Source: Octopus sinensis (Eukaryota). From it: 64,000 bases of DNA. Below are positions 1-11,889 of this stretch, in pieces (position 1 is the first letter of the stretch; each line of letters starts with the position of its first letter). Below the pieces are notes generated by a model. The model was not told the DNA's origin and ran no database searches. It was given only the letters and a program-made list of their open reading frames with translations. A program made the position numbers and the translations under genes. Where the stretch lies: contig NC_043014.1 in NCBI RefSeq assembly GCF_006345805.1, positions 32,984,001-33,048,000 of the forward strand. The letters run 5' to 3'.

Positions 1-95
1 GTGTGTGTGTGTGTATGCGTGTGTGTGTGTGTGTGTGTGTCTGTGTGTCTGTGTGCGTCTGTGTGTGTGTGTGTATGTATGTATGTATGCGTGTA
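1..95. repeat. (GT)n microsatellite
   Basis: Direct reading of the sequence. Confidence 0.95.
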
Positions 96-724
96 GGCGT
101 GTTTGGTCCCTACTATCACTTACCAAACGGTGTTGGTCTGTTTCGTCCTTGTGACTGGCTATTACAACGAAAGAACCGGATAATTATAATTTCCAGGCGT
201 TAAAGGGATAAAAAGATAATTAATACTGGCCGTTGTCCAGTGACTGATACAAGTATGGTTAAAAGATCTTCACGGGATGTAAGTAAATGTGTGCGTATGC
301 GTGCATTACATAGGTTATCTAATTCGGACAAGGGACGTAATCTCACCATGGTACAATGAAGGGAAATAACTCTAAATATTTGTCGTTCAAAATGTTAGCT
401 ACATTGCGTGCTTATATCAATTTGTGATACATGCTTCCTTCTATAAGCATATTCATGTTATGTCTGTACAGTAATCCTTCGACTATCTCGCGTGTTACAT
501 TCCAAAACCCATGGCGATAGATGAAAATCTGCGAAATAAAAACAGTACTGTACTGTATTTTTTTATTATTATTTTTATAATTTGTGTATGCTTATTTTAT
601 TATAAATGCAAAACAATACCAGAGAGGAATCGATGTAAGCATAGATAATAAACCGCGATAAGTGAACTGCGATATGGCGAGGTATTACTGTATTTGTAGA
701 AGGCCGGCTAAACTGTTAAACCGT

Positions 725-1085
725 TAACAAAAACAGAAAAAACAGCCTGCTGGGTGTTAACTGTGTAGAAAAGCAATATGACAAAAAAATTGCGCAAACA
801 AACCTGGGGGTGGAGAGAGGACTTTCGGAAAATTCACAAGATCCGATTTTTCCGTCATAACTTTTGGAAAATGGATATATATTGATTTTTTTTTTTTTTT
901 TTTTACGGAATCCTACCTTTTTGGTTATGGAGGATGCGATTCTGAAAACAAATTTTCAAAAATCGCATTTTCAAAACTTCAATTAACCACCCCACTCCCC
1001 TCTTCATTTTTCTCTTTTTCCGGATTTTTTTTTTTTTTTTTTTTTGCGAAATACGTAGAAAAATACGAAGATTAGGATTCTAAAA
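725..1085 (+). mobile_element. Interspersed repeat, copy 1 (paralogue of 2100-2720)
   Basis: Shares gcctgctgggtgttaac...gcgcaaac...ggaaaatggatatatattg...tttacggaatcc...tacgtagaaaaatacgaagattaggattct with 2100-2720. Class unknown. Confidence 0.7.
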
Positions 1086-1222
1086 AAAATTTGTTTGTAA
1101 AATTTCAATTTTTCAACAAGCAATACATATTGTCTACAATAGACCCAAAAGTAGTGCCGCCCCCGGGGCGGACCGCCCCTCCCCTCACTCTAGGTACGCT
1201 AGTGTCTCTGTATAATTAACCG

Positions 1223-1283
<61 letters not shown>

Positions 1284-2099
1284 GGCGTTAGCCAAACTGA
1301 ACGTCCCCTCCTTCAAAGGCAACGCACATTCGACAACAACAAACATACGTATTTCATGTGGCCGCCCTGTGCGGTCTATGCACCTCCACACCACGCCACT
1401 GACATCTTGCCTATACTTTGCTTTGATATATCAGCAATTGATTATTATTATGATTATAGCAAATAGTGACAATTGGTGAAACCTTATAGTGAACTTTAAA
1501 TATTCATTTCAAAATACTTATGAATTAAAGGAAACCAGTATAAGCTCTATTACTAATATGAGTAATTAATTTCGTTGGTTAATTATCTAAAAATATGCCC
1601 ATTTTCCACGCCTACTCAAATGACTGAAACAAGTAAAAGAATATAATTATGTGTAATTAGATTTGTGATGGTCATTAACTGCTGATCGAGATATAGGCAG
1701 CACCGACTTAATATAGGGCTTGTCTTGGACATTTCAAACCAAAAGATTTCTTCCAATCAGAATGAAAAAAATCGGCTCTGATACTGGATTGATATTTTAT
1801 TTATTGATTCTGAAAACATGAAAAGTAACTTTGAACTCGGCAGGAGTCGCAACTGGAATATTGGAAGGCATTCTATCGGGTTGTATTAATAACTCTGCTG
1901 ATTCCTTGCTTTATTCGCAAAAAATAAATTTAACAAAACGAAAGACAAAAAAGGGAAATAACTCTTTACTATCTGCCAAAAGTAAGCAAACACGAGCTAA
2001 AGCAAAAGACGTAACTCTTTAGAAATCATTTAATGACCTTTGTTATAATTGCGCAATTGACTCGCTGCGAAGATAAGGTTAATATAAAGATCTTCACCC

Positions 2100-2720
2100 G
2101 ATAACAAAAACAAAAAGAAAAAACGAGCCTGCTGGGTGTTAACAACTGTGTGGAAAACGAATATGAAAAAAAAATTTGCGCAAACGAACCTGGGTGGGGG
2201 GATTTTTCCGTTATAACTTTCAGGAAAATGGATATATATTGTAAAGTATACTAGCCATCTCAATATGGCTAACCACTAAGGGTGGGTGTTACTGTAGCTT
2301 GTAGCCCCAGGAGATCATCGTCTCCACCTGGCTTTAGGCACACTTTCTGTGCCCTTATGGTATTTACAAAGGGAGGACATCCCTCTCTCGAGACGATCTC
2401 CTGGGGCTACATGCTACAGTAACACCCACCCTTAGTGATTAGCCATATTGAGATGGCTAGTATACTTTACATTGTCGTGCAGTTACTGTTTACATCTCGT
2501 TCAGAGATTTTTTATTGGATGTATATTGATTTTTCTTTTACGGAATCCAACGTTTTTTGGTTATGGGGAATCCGATTCTGAAAACAAATTTTTAAAAACC
2601 GCATTTTCAAAACTTCCATTCCCCCCTCCCCTCTTCATTTTTCACTTTTTTCGGAATTTTTTTTTTTTTTTTGCGAAATACGTAGAAAAATACGAAGATT
2701 AGGATTCTGAAAAAAAGAAG
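2100..2720 (+). mobile_element. Interspersed repeat, copy 2, interrupted by a hairpin insertion
   Basis: Colinear with 725-1085 except for an insert starting at 2241. Confidence 0.7.
2241..2470. mobile_element. Fold-back/MITE-like element with about 85-bp inverted arms
   Basis: gtaaagtatactagccatctcaatatggctaaccactaagggtgggtgttactgtagc...ccccaggagatc reappears as its reverse complement ending tatactttac at 2470. Confidence 0.85.
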
Positions 2721-3179
2721 CCTCAAAGTCATTGCTTTAATGAGGGTTTTCTTTGACGATCTAACATCTTCGTTGGTAGTTCTCAACCATTTTTTGCCTT
2801 TGATTTCTATTTTACTTGGGTGAACCCTCAAAGCTATTATTCAATGTTTTAAAAACTCCTATAGTATTTTCATAATCAAATATTATTAGGAATTACATTT
2901 GAAAAATTGTTTAAATGCTTTATGTGATGTAGAAGTTTAACCAATTTATTACACATAGATGTTAACAAAAAAAAAACCGCCTCTCCCAGAGCCATATGGC
3001 CTTCCTCTTCCAGAGCCCGAAAATACCTCATATCCATCACCAACATCAGCAAATGCTAATCGTTTTATAAAGTTCAAGTGAGATCTACAATAGATTACAG
3101 CTCCGATGTCCGGGGCAGTGTTACTGTTACACATACAGATATACAGGATCGCATCAAAAGAAAAAAAAGGAAAGACTTC

Positions 3180-3780
3180 CGCCCGTCCCCCACCATTTTC
3201 TCCCAAATTAGTTTGTTTTTTTTGTTGTTTTTTGCCAAAATCCCCCGTTTTCGGATACGAACGTTTCGGAAATTTGCCAAAAATCGGCATTGTAAAATTT
3301 TCCCCCCTTCCCCCCAACTTCTTCAATTTTAACTTTTTTCCCAACACTAACCCTAACCCTAGCCCTAAAACGCTAACTCTAACTCTAACCCTAAAATACT
3401 AACTCTAACCCTAAAACCCTAGCCGTAACCGTAACTACAGAAATGTTTTGAAATTTTTGTCCGAATCATAATCTCCGTATTTTCCCGCATATTTAGAAAA
3501 ACAAAATTCTTTTTAAAAAAATATTTACAAAAATTTTTGGAAATTTTTTTCAGAATCATAATCTCCGTATTTTTCCGCATATTTCCAAAAAAATTCTGAA
3601 AAAATTTTTTAAAAAATGAAGGAAAAGGGGGTGGCGGTGGTAATTTTAAAATGCCAATTTTTTTGCAGATTCGTATTTCCCGTAGCCGAAAAGTGGGATT
3701 TGTGTCGAAAAAAACAAATTTTTTAAGGGTGGTTGGGGGGGGGGGCAAGTCTTGCCCCAAAAAACCCTTGATTAAATTGC
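3180..3780. mobile_element. Degenerate element with imperfect inverted ends and internal telomere-like (CTAACC)n tract (about 3345-3435)
   Basis: ctaaccctaaccctagccctaaaacgctaactctaactctaaccctaaa; 3230-3320 is a weak reverse complement of 3617-3715. Confidence 0.5.
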
Positions 3781-4129
3781 GTGAAGTCATTCGCCAAACC
3801 ATTCCATCCTCACTGACATTTCTACCATTAAATATGAGTATTCAAAAGAAACGTCGTAGCACACTACCTATACCACAGGCTGTATAATTCTTAACTATTG
3901 TATTATCGTTATCACAATTTCTCTATCAGCACTACCACCTGTAACAACATTACTCATTGAAATATAGATGGTTCTAAGATTCTCCACCGAGATAAAACCA
4001 AGTTACTATGAGGCGCTGAACCGTCCAGTCACCTCGCTAAAAGTCTTACTCAGCAATTTATCTGTAGTGAGTTCTATTTATCTTAGAACTTACCCACTGT
4101 AACACACGCATACATATCTATATATCTAT

Positions 4130-4144
4130 CTATCTATTTATCTG

Positions 4145-4236
<92 letters not shown>

Positions 4237-4335
4237 TCTATCTGTCTGTCTATCTATCTATCTATCTATCTATCTGTCTATCTATCTGTCTGTTTTATTT
4301 ATTTATTTATCAGTCTGTTTGTCTGTCTGTCTGCC
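4130..4335. repeat. Compound microsatellite (TATC/TC/TA/TCTG)
   Basis: Direct reading of the sequence. Confidence 0.9.
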
Positions 4336-6106
4336 TGTATAACTACACAGTCACACACACACACACAGAGTAATACCAAGGAGATCAAATAATCAAAATA
4401 AATCGTGGTAAATTATCGCAGAAGCACCTCCGTGTTTCTTTGACTTAACAGATTATTCAGAAATAAAATTCCAGATAATTAAACAGATCAATTCAAGAAT
4501 TCATACAGAGTTAATGGTTGTTCACGGATCTCGGATATCCTACAAATCCGTGTATGTATCAAAAGCATAACTGCTACATATTAAATGGTGTGTATGTAAG
4601 CGTGTGTGTGGTGTGTGCGTGAGTGTGTGGTGCGTGCGTGCATGCGTGTGTGTATACACATGTATACATGTATATATATTTTGCACATTAAAATCTAAGG
4701 TCTTTATCTGTTTATTTGAACCATTGTTCCAATATCTGTTCACTTGGATTTCCTTATATTGCCACTCTTTACCCTGCTGACTTGGTCCATGGTGAAGATA
4801 TCAGAACGTAAGTTCAAATCATTTGAGCGCTAAGTATTTTCTGTATTGAGATTTTCTCGAATCGTATGTGTTTATTCTGTGTGTATATGTGTGTGTGTAT
4901 TATTATATAGAGATGTGTGTGTATGCGTGACAGAAATGTGCGTGTGTGTTTATGTGTGAGAGAGAGATGTGTGTGTTTATGTGTGAGAGAGAGATGTGTG
5001 TGTTTGTGTATGCGTGTGTGAGAGAGAGGGAGAGTATGTCACTACACTGAATTTTCCTAAAAAGATGAAATGGTCACATCTGAAATGTCTTTTGCCACAG
5101 TGCCTTTTCGGTCAGAGTTTACCTGGGACTAAGCAACAACAACGATGGTTGTCTACGTGGTCACTCGTCATTCTTGAAATATTAGCTAAAATCTCCCTCA
5201 AACTACACCTTACCGCGGTGGTTCATCATCTTTTTGATTTAATGATGCACTGGAGACCCAATAAAAAAAAGTACACCTGGTCTTCAATATAGTAAGTTTA
5301 AGAAAACAAGGATCTTTTCTGTTTCACTCGTAGTTTTCAGTTCTATTAATTTTGTTTTCAAATTTTGTGTACTGATGTAGTTTTGTATACTAATTATGGA
5401 AATGAAATACATTTTTGTCAGTTTTTGAAATTTTAAAATTAAATGAAAATTTTCACTTAATTTTAAAATTTCAAAAACTGAGCCAAAAAGAAAAGATCTG
5501 AAAATTATATTTTAAAGTTAACAATATAAGGAAAATATACAAATCTATCTTAAGTGTTGATATGGATTTTCAAAAAACCCTTAAATAGTATTTTTAAAAC
5601 TCAGCGACGCGCCCAGATACTTCTATGGGTGTACCGTTTGAGAAACCCTGACTTAATGTCCTAGGCATATTGAATCATATAATCCGGGATGCACGTTGTG
5701 TGAAAAAGACAGAGTGGTCATGGTTGGAAAGCATTTGATAATGTCAAGTCGACCAGGACAGATCTGGGACTAAGCAACAACTTTGTAAAGTTCAATACAA
5801 TCTGCAATCGTTCTAATAAGTACAAGCTGTTGTGGTTGTTCGATGTGTTAGAAATAGCAACCAAATCATATTTATCTATCTATCTGTGGAACGATATATT
5901 TGATACATCAATTGTGCCTGGAAAAAAAGACGGGACAGTCACTGCTGGAATGCTTTTGATCCGAAGTTTGCTTGCTCAGAACTAAATAACATGCAACAGC
6001 TACTAAACTGCCTATACTCTCACCTGCATTACGATCATGAATCCCGTAACAATCACTGTTGGTGCTACCTTACTACAATATCTTTTCTCACGCCATTGCT
6101 GCTATG

Positions 6107-6527
6107 GGATCTTTTCGATTTGAACGGCAGTTTTTTCTAGCGGTGTCATATGAAATTGTTACCCATAATTATGACCCTAGTATCGATCTATTGCATTTCA
6201 ATCTGTTTTAGGGTTAGCGTTAGTTAGGGGTGGGGGAAAGGGTATCTTTTTTTTTTCACAAATGTAAATAAACCCAATCTGTTTCTTAAACGAGGGACAT
6301 ATTCATACGGCATAGAATGTTTTCACCTCAAATAGACGTCATTGATTGGTTGAAATTGCAGAAATTGAAGAAAAAAAACAACAAATATCTTACAAAATAT
6401 AAATTTTCTCAATAAAGCCGAGAGAAAAAGATGTTTTATAAACACATTCTACCAGTATACGAAGTTTAAAAGTGTTTAGTTACGTGGAAATTATTTTAAA
6501 TAACTGCCGTTCAAACCGAAAAGATCC
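6107..6527. mobile_element. MITE with about 30-bp terminal inverted repeats
   Basis: ggatcttttcgatttgaacggcagtt at the left end; aactgccgttcaaaccgaaaagatcc at the right end. Confidence 0.8.
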
Positions 6528-8217
6528 TAGACATGTGTACTGCACCGAAGGAAAAGGTCTCGGCCGCCTCGAAATGTTTCCATATTCCCCCTCACATATA
6601 AACCTACTCCGAATGGTTTCTTTGGTGCACCAGTGTTGTAGTACATTTACAAGAGCATTGACTATCGCTAACGATATTGTCCCTACCACTACTACCATTA
6701 CTATGTTGTAAAATAACTTATCACTATCACCACTACAGCCATTACTACATACCATTGCAACGAAACTCATGCAGTGTAATAGCTTTTCACTACTACCATT
6801 GCCAATAACATACTTTTATACCACTGTGATATCCATATTACCACCACCAATATAATTCTTGCGATACCCACCATCGTAACTATGCCGCATAAGAGCTGTT
6901 TAGCCAATAGTACCATCACCACTAATATCATCGCTGCTACCATAAAATCCACCATTATACACGAAAATAACGAGCCAAGCATAGAAGCCTCTAAGTGTTC
7001 ACTCAATCTGCTAAAATTAGTAGCTATATCTCCCCCAAATTAATCCTGTCGTCCTAACTTAGGATTGAACATATTGGATAATATAATTCTTGATACACTT
7101 AAAAAAGACAAGATGGTCATGGCTGGAATGTCTTTCAACTACGGGTCTGCTCGATCAGGGATGGCTTGAACAGTGGTGTAGCTAGAGTGTGTGCTGCCTT
7201 GGACAGCACTTGTGTTTTCTGACCCCATTCCGGATCCCTAAACCTATTCAGGCTTATAAAGCAGACCATATATTGGCTAACAGTGCCTTATAATAGCTAA
7301 CAATCACCACGAAGACAAGACCCATCACCACCTTAGGAACAGAAACCCACCAACACTCCAACGCTAAGCACGGACAGCATTATCATCACCAACGCCAGAA
7401 TGACCACTGTAACAGGCCCGTCGCCAGACATTGGTGCCTGGGGGTACTTCAGAATATTCTGGGTGGGTACTAATCTCTCTACATATAAAGCTGAAGTTGT
7501 CTGCGTATGGCAAGTTTCGTAGCCTTCAACTAACACTATCTTCTCCGAGACCCTACGGCGCAAGTTGACCAAAATTGAGAGTATGATAGAAGGCTTGCTC
7601 TTCCTTCCGTAGAAGAAAAAATTCAAATCGGACCATGTTAACGCCAAAAATTATTTACATCAAAAAGGTGCTTTTTTTCTATGAAAATCCCTATTTTTTA
7701 CGATTTTTTGACTGCTGTGTCGGCATTTTTCGGTGTATTTCAACCAGAAAAATATTCACTTAAAGAGAATAACAAGTTACATAATGCAACATTTTTCCTT
7801 TTCAAAATTTCCAATTCTAAAGGGTCGAAATAAACCAGAGCAACGCCGTGCGATACTGCTAGTTTGTAATAATGCTAAAGTGGAGTTTCGAAATAAATGT
7901 ACTACTGTAAATCTGAGAGTGCACCATTGGATAGTGAGGGAGCAATACCGTCCAGTGCACACCCTTAGCGACAGGCATATACTGAAATGATTTACTCAAG
8001 CCATTAACTCTACCACTTTGTGCTCAAGCAAAACTAAGTCTGAACGGTTTGCCGACTCCCCTTCCCCTGTTACCATATTATTAGCACCACCATCAAAACT
8101 ACGACTGATGTAAAGGCTCGTATACGATACCCATAATTACGTTAAGAGATTACCAACATCCTCATCTCAGTCACAATTATCACCGATTCAACTATCATGA
8201 CTGCTGTAACGACTAAC

Positions 8218-8332
8218 CCACTAGCGTAACTAGAGTGTGTGCCGCCCGTCCGTTTGCCGACCCCGCACCCCACAAAAACACATATTGCCCTACAACAGAC
8301 CCAAAAGTGCCCCCACCTGCCAGCTACGCTAA
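8218..8332. mobile_element. Short hAT-like MITE (related ends at 1125-1205 and 7190-7230)
   Basis: cactagcgtaactagagtgtgtgccgcc ... cagctacgcta termini; shares ctacaa(t/c)agacccaaaagt with the segment near 1135. Superfamily assigned by resemblance only. Confidence 0.45.
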
Positions 8333-8715
8333 TGGACTAACCATCATTCTGACCATTATCCGCTGCGAAGGCTAACACGTCTCCATCATTCCCATCAATT
8401 CTGATTGCCCTAACAACTCAACCCCGACAATCACAACCTCCATCGTTTACCATTTCTCCGTCACTATCACCATAACTTCTGCTTCACATCAGTTAGCCAA
8501 AGACTCCCCAATACTTTCTCACAAACACCACCATGACTACCTGACATTTTACCAGAAACGAGTGAGCCTTTATATGGTCGTTCGATCTGCCAGAAATAAC
8601 AGCCAATTGTTTTCAATTCACACACCATGCCGTCTTAAAAGCAAAAAGTGATACATTATATTACGTAGTCTTAAAAAGACTGGACGCTTAAGAACGGGAT
8701 GCCTGGCATAGGGTT

Positions 8716-8846
8716 GCCGAGGTCGACTTTGTCTTTCATCCTTTCGGGGTCGATAAATAAAGTACCAGTTTCCCACTGGGGTCGATGTAATCGACTTAAT
8801 CCGTTTGTCCCCTCTATGTTTAGCCCCTTGTGGGCAGTAAAGAAAT
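8716..8846 (+). mobile_element. SINE family A fragment (Meta/MESC-like core)
   Basis: ccgaggtcgactttgtctttcatcctttcggggtcgataaataaagtaccagt...tttagccccttgtgggcagtaaagaaata. Confidence 0.8.
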
Positions 8847-9799
8847 ATATTGTAACAACACATCATCCTCACCACTTACACCAACACTACCATGACAGCC
8901 GTAACAACACTGCAAACACCATCGCCCTCATCGTCGTTACCAACCATGTCTGCCGTAATAATCTACTACTCCAAAATACCACCACAATGACTGCCGTAGC
9001 ACCTTGCGACCTTAATCACAACCAACAGCCTACCATCCCTCCGTCACTATCGTATCACTATGACTGCCGTAAAAACAATACCCCAATACCAACACCACAC
9101 AATTATTACAACGATCAACGGCTTCACCAGCACCACATCATTACTAGTACTGCCGTAACATTTCACCGCCATCACACTAAAAGTGTCTGCCGTAATTGCT
9201 AACGTCATGGTCATCTCAATTACTGAGGCTGCCGTAATAACTTGATTAACACCGTAACAACCATCCGGCGTAACAATCACCATCATTAATCGCCACAAAT
9301 GAGTTTCATTGTAGTCGCTCGACCTGCAAGAAATAGCAACTAAATCTCTCAAGATTACATCTTCACGTCTTAATGAACACATTGGATATAATATACGTCT
9401 TAACAGTATAGGGTGGTCGTGGCTGGAACATCTTTGGGTATAGGCAGGGCCGTCTTAGCAGCATTATAGACTCGTGAGGAAATCAAGGCACTGGGGCCTA
9501 GAGTACGTATTTATCGACAGCAAGCCACAGCGTAACAAATCAGATTTAGGCCCCTAGACCCGTGAAGTCCTTGGGAAATGCCCAGTGTGCAAATGCCTCA
9601 AGACTGTATAGACACTGACCTAGGGCTAAACAATAACACATCGTCATCAGTCTAACATGCTTATCATTATCAAACATCATCGCAATGACCAAAGCATCAC
9701 GCCAAACAAGTGTCTACGACAGAAGATCCGGCCTCCGGCAGTCAGCTGTTCCCACAATTCCATTGTCCTACCGACAGATAGGAGGATGTGAGGGAGAGG

Positions 9800-10340
9800 A
9801 GGAGGAGGAGGATATGACAAGCAGTATGTTTCTTTTTCCTCCTTCACACTTTCTCACCCTCTCACTGTGATTTTGTCTTTTTTCATTTTCCTTTATTTTT
9901 TTAGGGAGGGAAGTGTGAGTCTTCAGAACTTCTTACTTTTTCTCCTTTTTTTTTATCTCTCCTTATCTTATCTTTGTATGTCTTCATCTCTCACCATTTC
10001 CCTCCCACATATACTCTCTCACACTTCCACTCATTCCCTCATATATATATTCTTTATTTCACATTTTCCCTCTCACACATTTATTCTCTGTCTCTATCTC
10101 TATCTCTCTCTTTCACTTTCTGTTTCTACCTTCTGTTCCTTTCTCTTCCTCTCACTTCCACTCATTACCTCTCACACACTTTCTCTTTTACTTTACATCT
10201 TCCTCTTCCTCCTTCTCCGTCTTTTCTCCCTCTCTCATTTCCCTTGCTGCTCTTTTTCTCTCCTCTGTTTTTTCTGTCTTTTTATTCTCCACCCACCCCT
10301 CTCTCTTTCTCTCTCTAATACTTTTTATCACTTCCTTTAG
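9800..10340. repeat. Pyrimidine-rich (CT/CTT) low-complexity tract
   Basis: Direct reading; source of the Leu/Ser/Phe-rich spurious ORFs. Confidence 0.85.
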
Positions 10341-11555
10341 AAACCGTGCAAGCTTTATGATGTAGTGTGACGAATCTGTATACTGTATGTGATGATTTCT
10401 TTTATACAAACACTCATTTATATATTATAGATGCATAATCTTTATTCCACTCACTGCCCCATCATTCCTTAATACATACCGAGAACACAACACGACATAC
10501 ATTCAATCAGATGCATACATTGAGCCTATTGCATGTGTATACAAAATCACAAACACGTCTATACAAGCTTCTCGATTCATCTTTACACGTGATAGTTGTG
10601 TAAATAGACAAGTGGGGGGAAAACGAGACAGAGAATAGAAGGTACATATTTCTTTCTTAATCTCATTAAGATCATTATGATCACATACATATGACGCAAG
10701 GTGCTTCAATTTTCTAAAAGCTTATGACAACAAAGTCAGGACAACCGTTTAGCCTTCTGTTTTGCCTCTGTCAATTTGTCTAACGATCTATCAATCATAT
10801 ATAACTAGATCATTTTTATATTTATATATAACTATATTTCTTCCTCCCATAATTATATATATACATATATATGTAGATACACACAAACCAATTTATATCT
10901 TTCCCTGTAGCTGCTTAAATATATACGTACGCAACTTTCCCTCCACTTAATATATATGAAGTGACTTCCTTACTACAAAGGTTATAGGGTTGTTTTTTTT
11001 TTGTTTTGTTTTGTGTTTAAGAAACAGTCAAGATCTGCGATGTTTGTATTGTAGATCTGGCAAAACAACACGACCAAACTACTTGCAGCATTCTGTAAAT
11101 TCTTCGGTAGAGCTTACGAAATGAAGTTGATATCAGGAAATATGACTCTCAGTCACTTAAGTCATCTGCTGCCATTTGCTATAGCGAGAAAACAAAAAAG
11201 GTTATTGAAATTATCTATAAATATATAGTGCAAAAAAAGAACTAAGTCTACACTAACAATCGCATATAAATAATTTGTATGTACATAATAACAGTCATAG
11301 GTGAATAAATGCATGTAAAACAGCAGCGGGTCTTTCATAAGCGGAACCTCTAAAGCTATTAAAAAAACTTGCGTATAAAAGATTCAATCTTTTAATATAA
11401 TTTATATCGGTGTATATGTATATGTATATTTATTTATTTATAAGAGGAGGAGGAAAAGGTTATTTTTTAAACTAGTGCAATTAAATTTGAGCTGAGTAAT
11501 GTTGTGTTTAACAACAGCTGACTGCAGCTTCTAACACACACACTCAAGCTTTCAC

Positions 11556-11587
<32 letters not shown>

Positions 11588-11762
11588 TATATATATATAT
11601 ATATATTATATAATATATATATATGTTTGTACCTATGCTTGTATATATTGTCGTCCCTTTTGAAAAGTGGAAATAAGAGAGCCTTGCATTTTACAAACAT
11701 TGAAAGAAACCAGTTTTATTTTATAAGCCGGAAACTAATTAACTGTTTTAGTGGGACAGAAA
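10340..11762 (+). promoter_or_regulatory. Candidate promoter/5' UTR of the zinc finger gene
   Basis: Mostly unique, transposon-free stretch directly upstream of the putative ATG exon, in an otherwise repeat-saturated window. This rests on position only; no TSS is identifiable. Confidence 0.3.
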
Positions 11763-11787
11763 ATGGAAAATAAAGCTAATAATACAG
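11763..11787 (+). CDS. Putative first coding exon (MENKANNT-G/D) of the BCL11/ZNF296-related zinc finger gene
   Basis: ATG GAA AAT AAA GCT AAT AAT ACA G is followed by the donor-like gtacgt. The phase-1 end joins in frame to exon 29502 (G+AT = Asp). It lies at the end of a repeat-poor stretch of about 1.4 kb. There is no homology support, so this is inference. Confidence 0.5.
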
Positions 11788-11817
11788 GTACGTAAATTAT
11801 TTCATCACTATATTCCA

Positions 11818-11889
<72 letters not shown>

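Larger units (their letters stand above)
6640..9300. repeat. Degenerate ACC/ACT/ATC trinucleotide low-complexity tracts (6640-6960, 8050-8560, 8850-9300) interleaved with repeat fragments
   Basis: Repeating accaccactaccatc-type motifs; these produce the His/Thr-rich spurious ORFs. Confidence 0.75.

Noticed and set aside
3345-3435. True telomere or chromosome end
   Set aside because: The tract is short, degenerate and internal to a repeat, with ordinary sequence on both sides.
2949-3887. Cluster of overlapping 60-130-aa ORFs on both strands
   Set aside because: Homopolymer-rich degenerate repeat sequence; the Lys/Phe bias reflects A/T runs.
8699-9382. His/Thr-rich ORFs of 167 and 111 aa (similarly 9867-10340, 13283-13755, 15686-16288)
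   Set aside because: They start inside repeats and run through low-complexity tracts, with no recognisable domain or splice support.
11142-11228. Short ORF MTLSHLSHLLPFAIARKQKRLL... as the missing MSRRKQ exon
   Set aside because: The RKQ match is internal and weak, the ORF ends in a stop, and no suitable phase-1 donor was seen.
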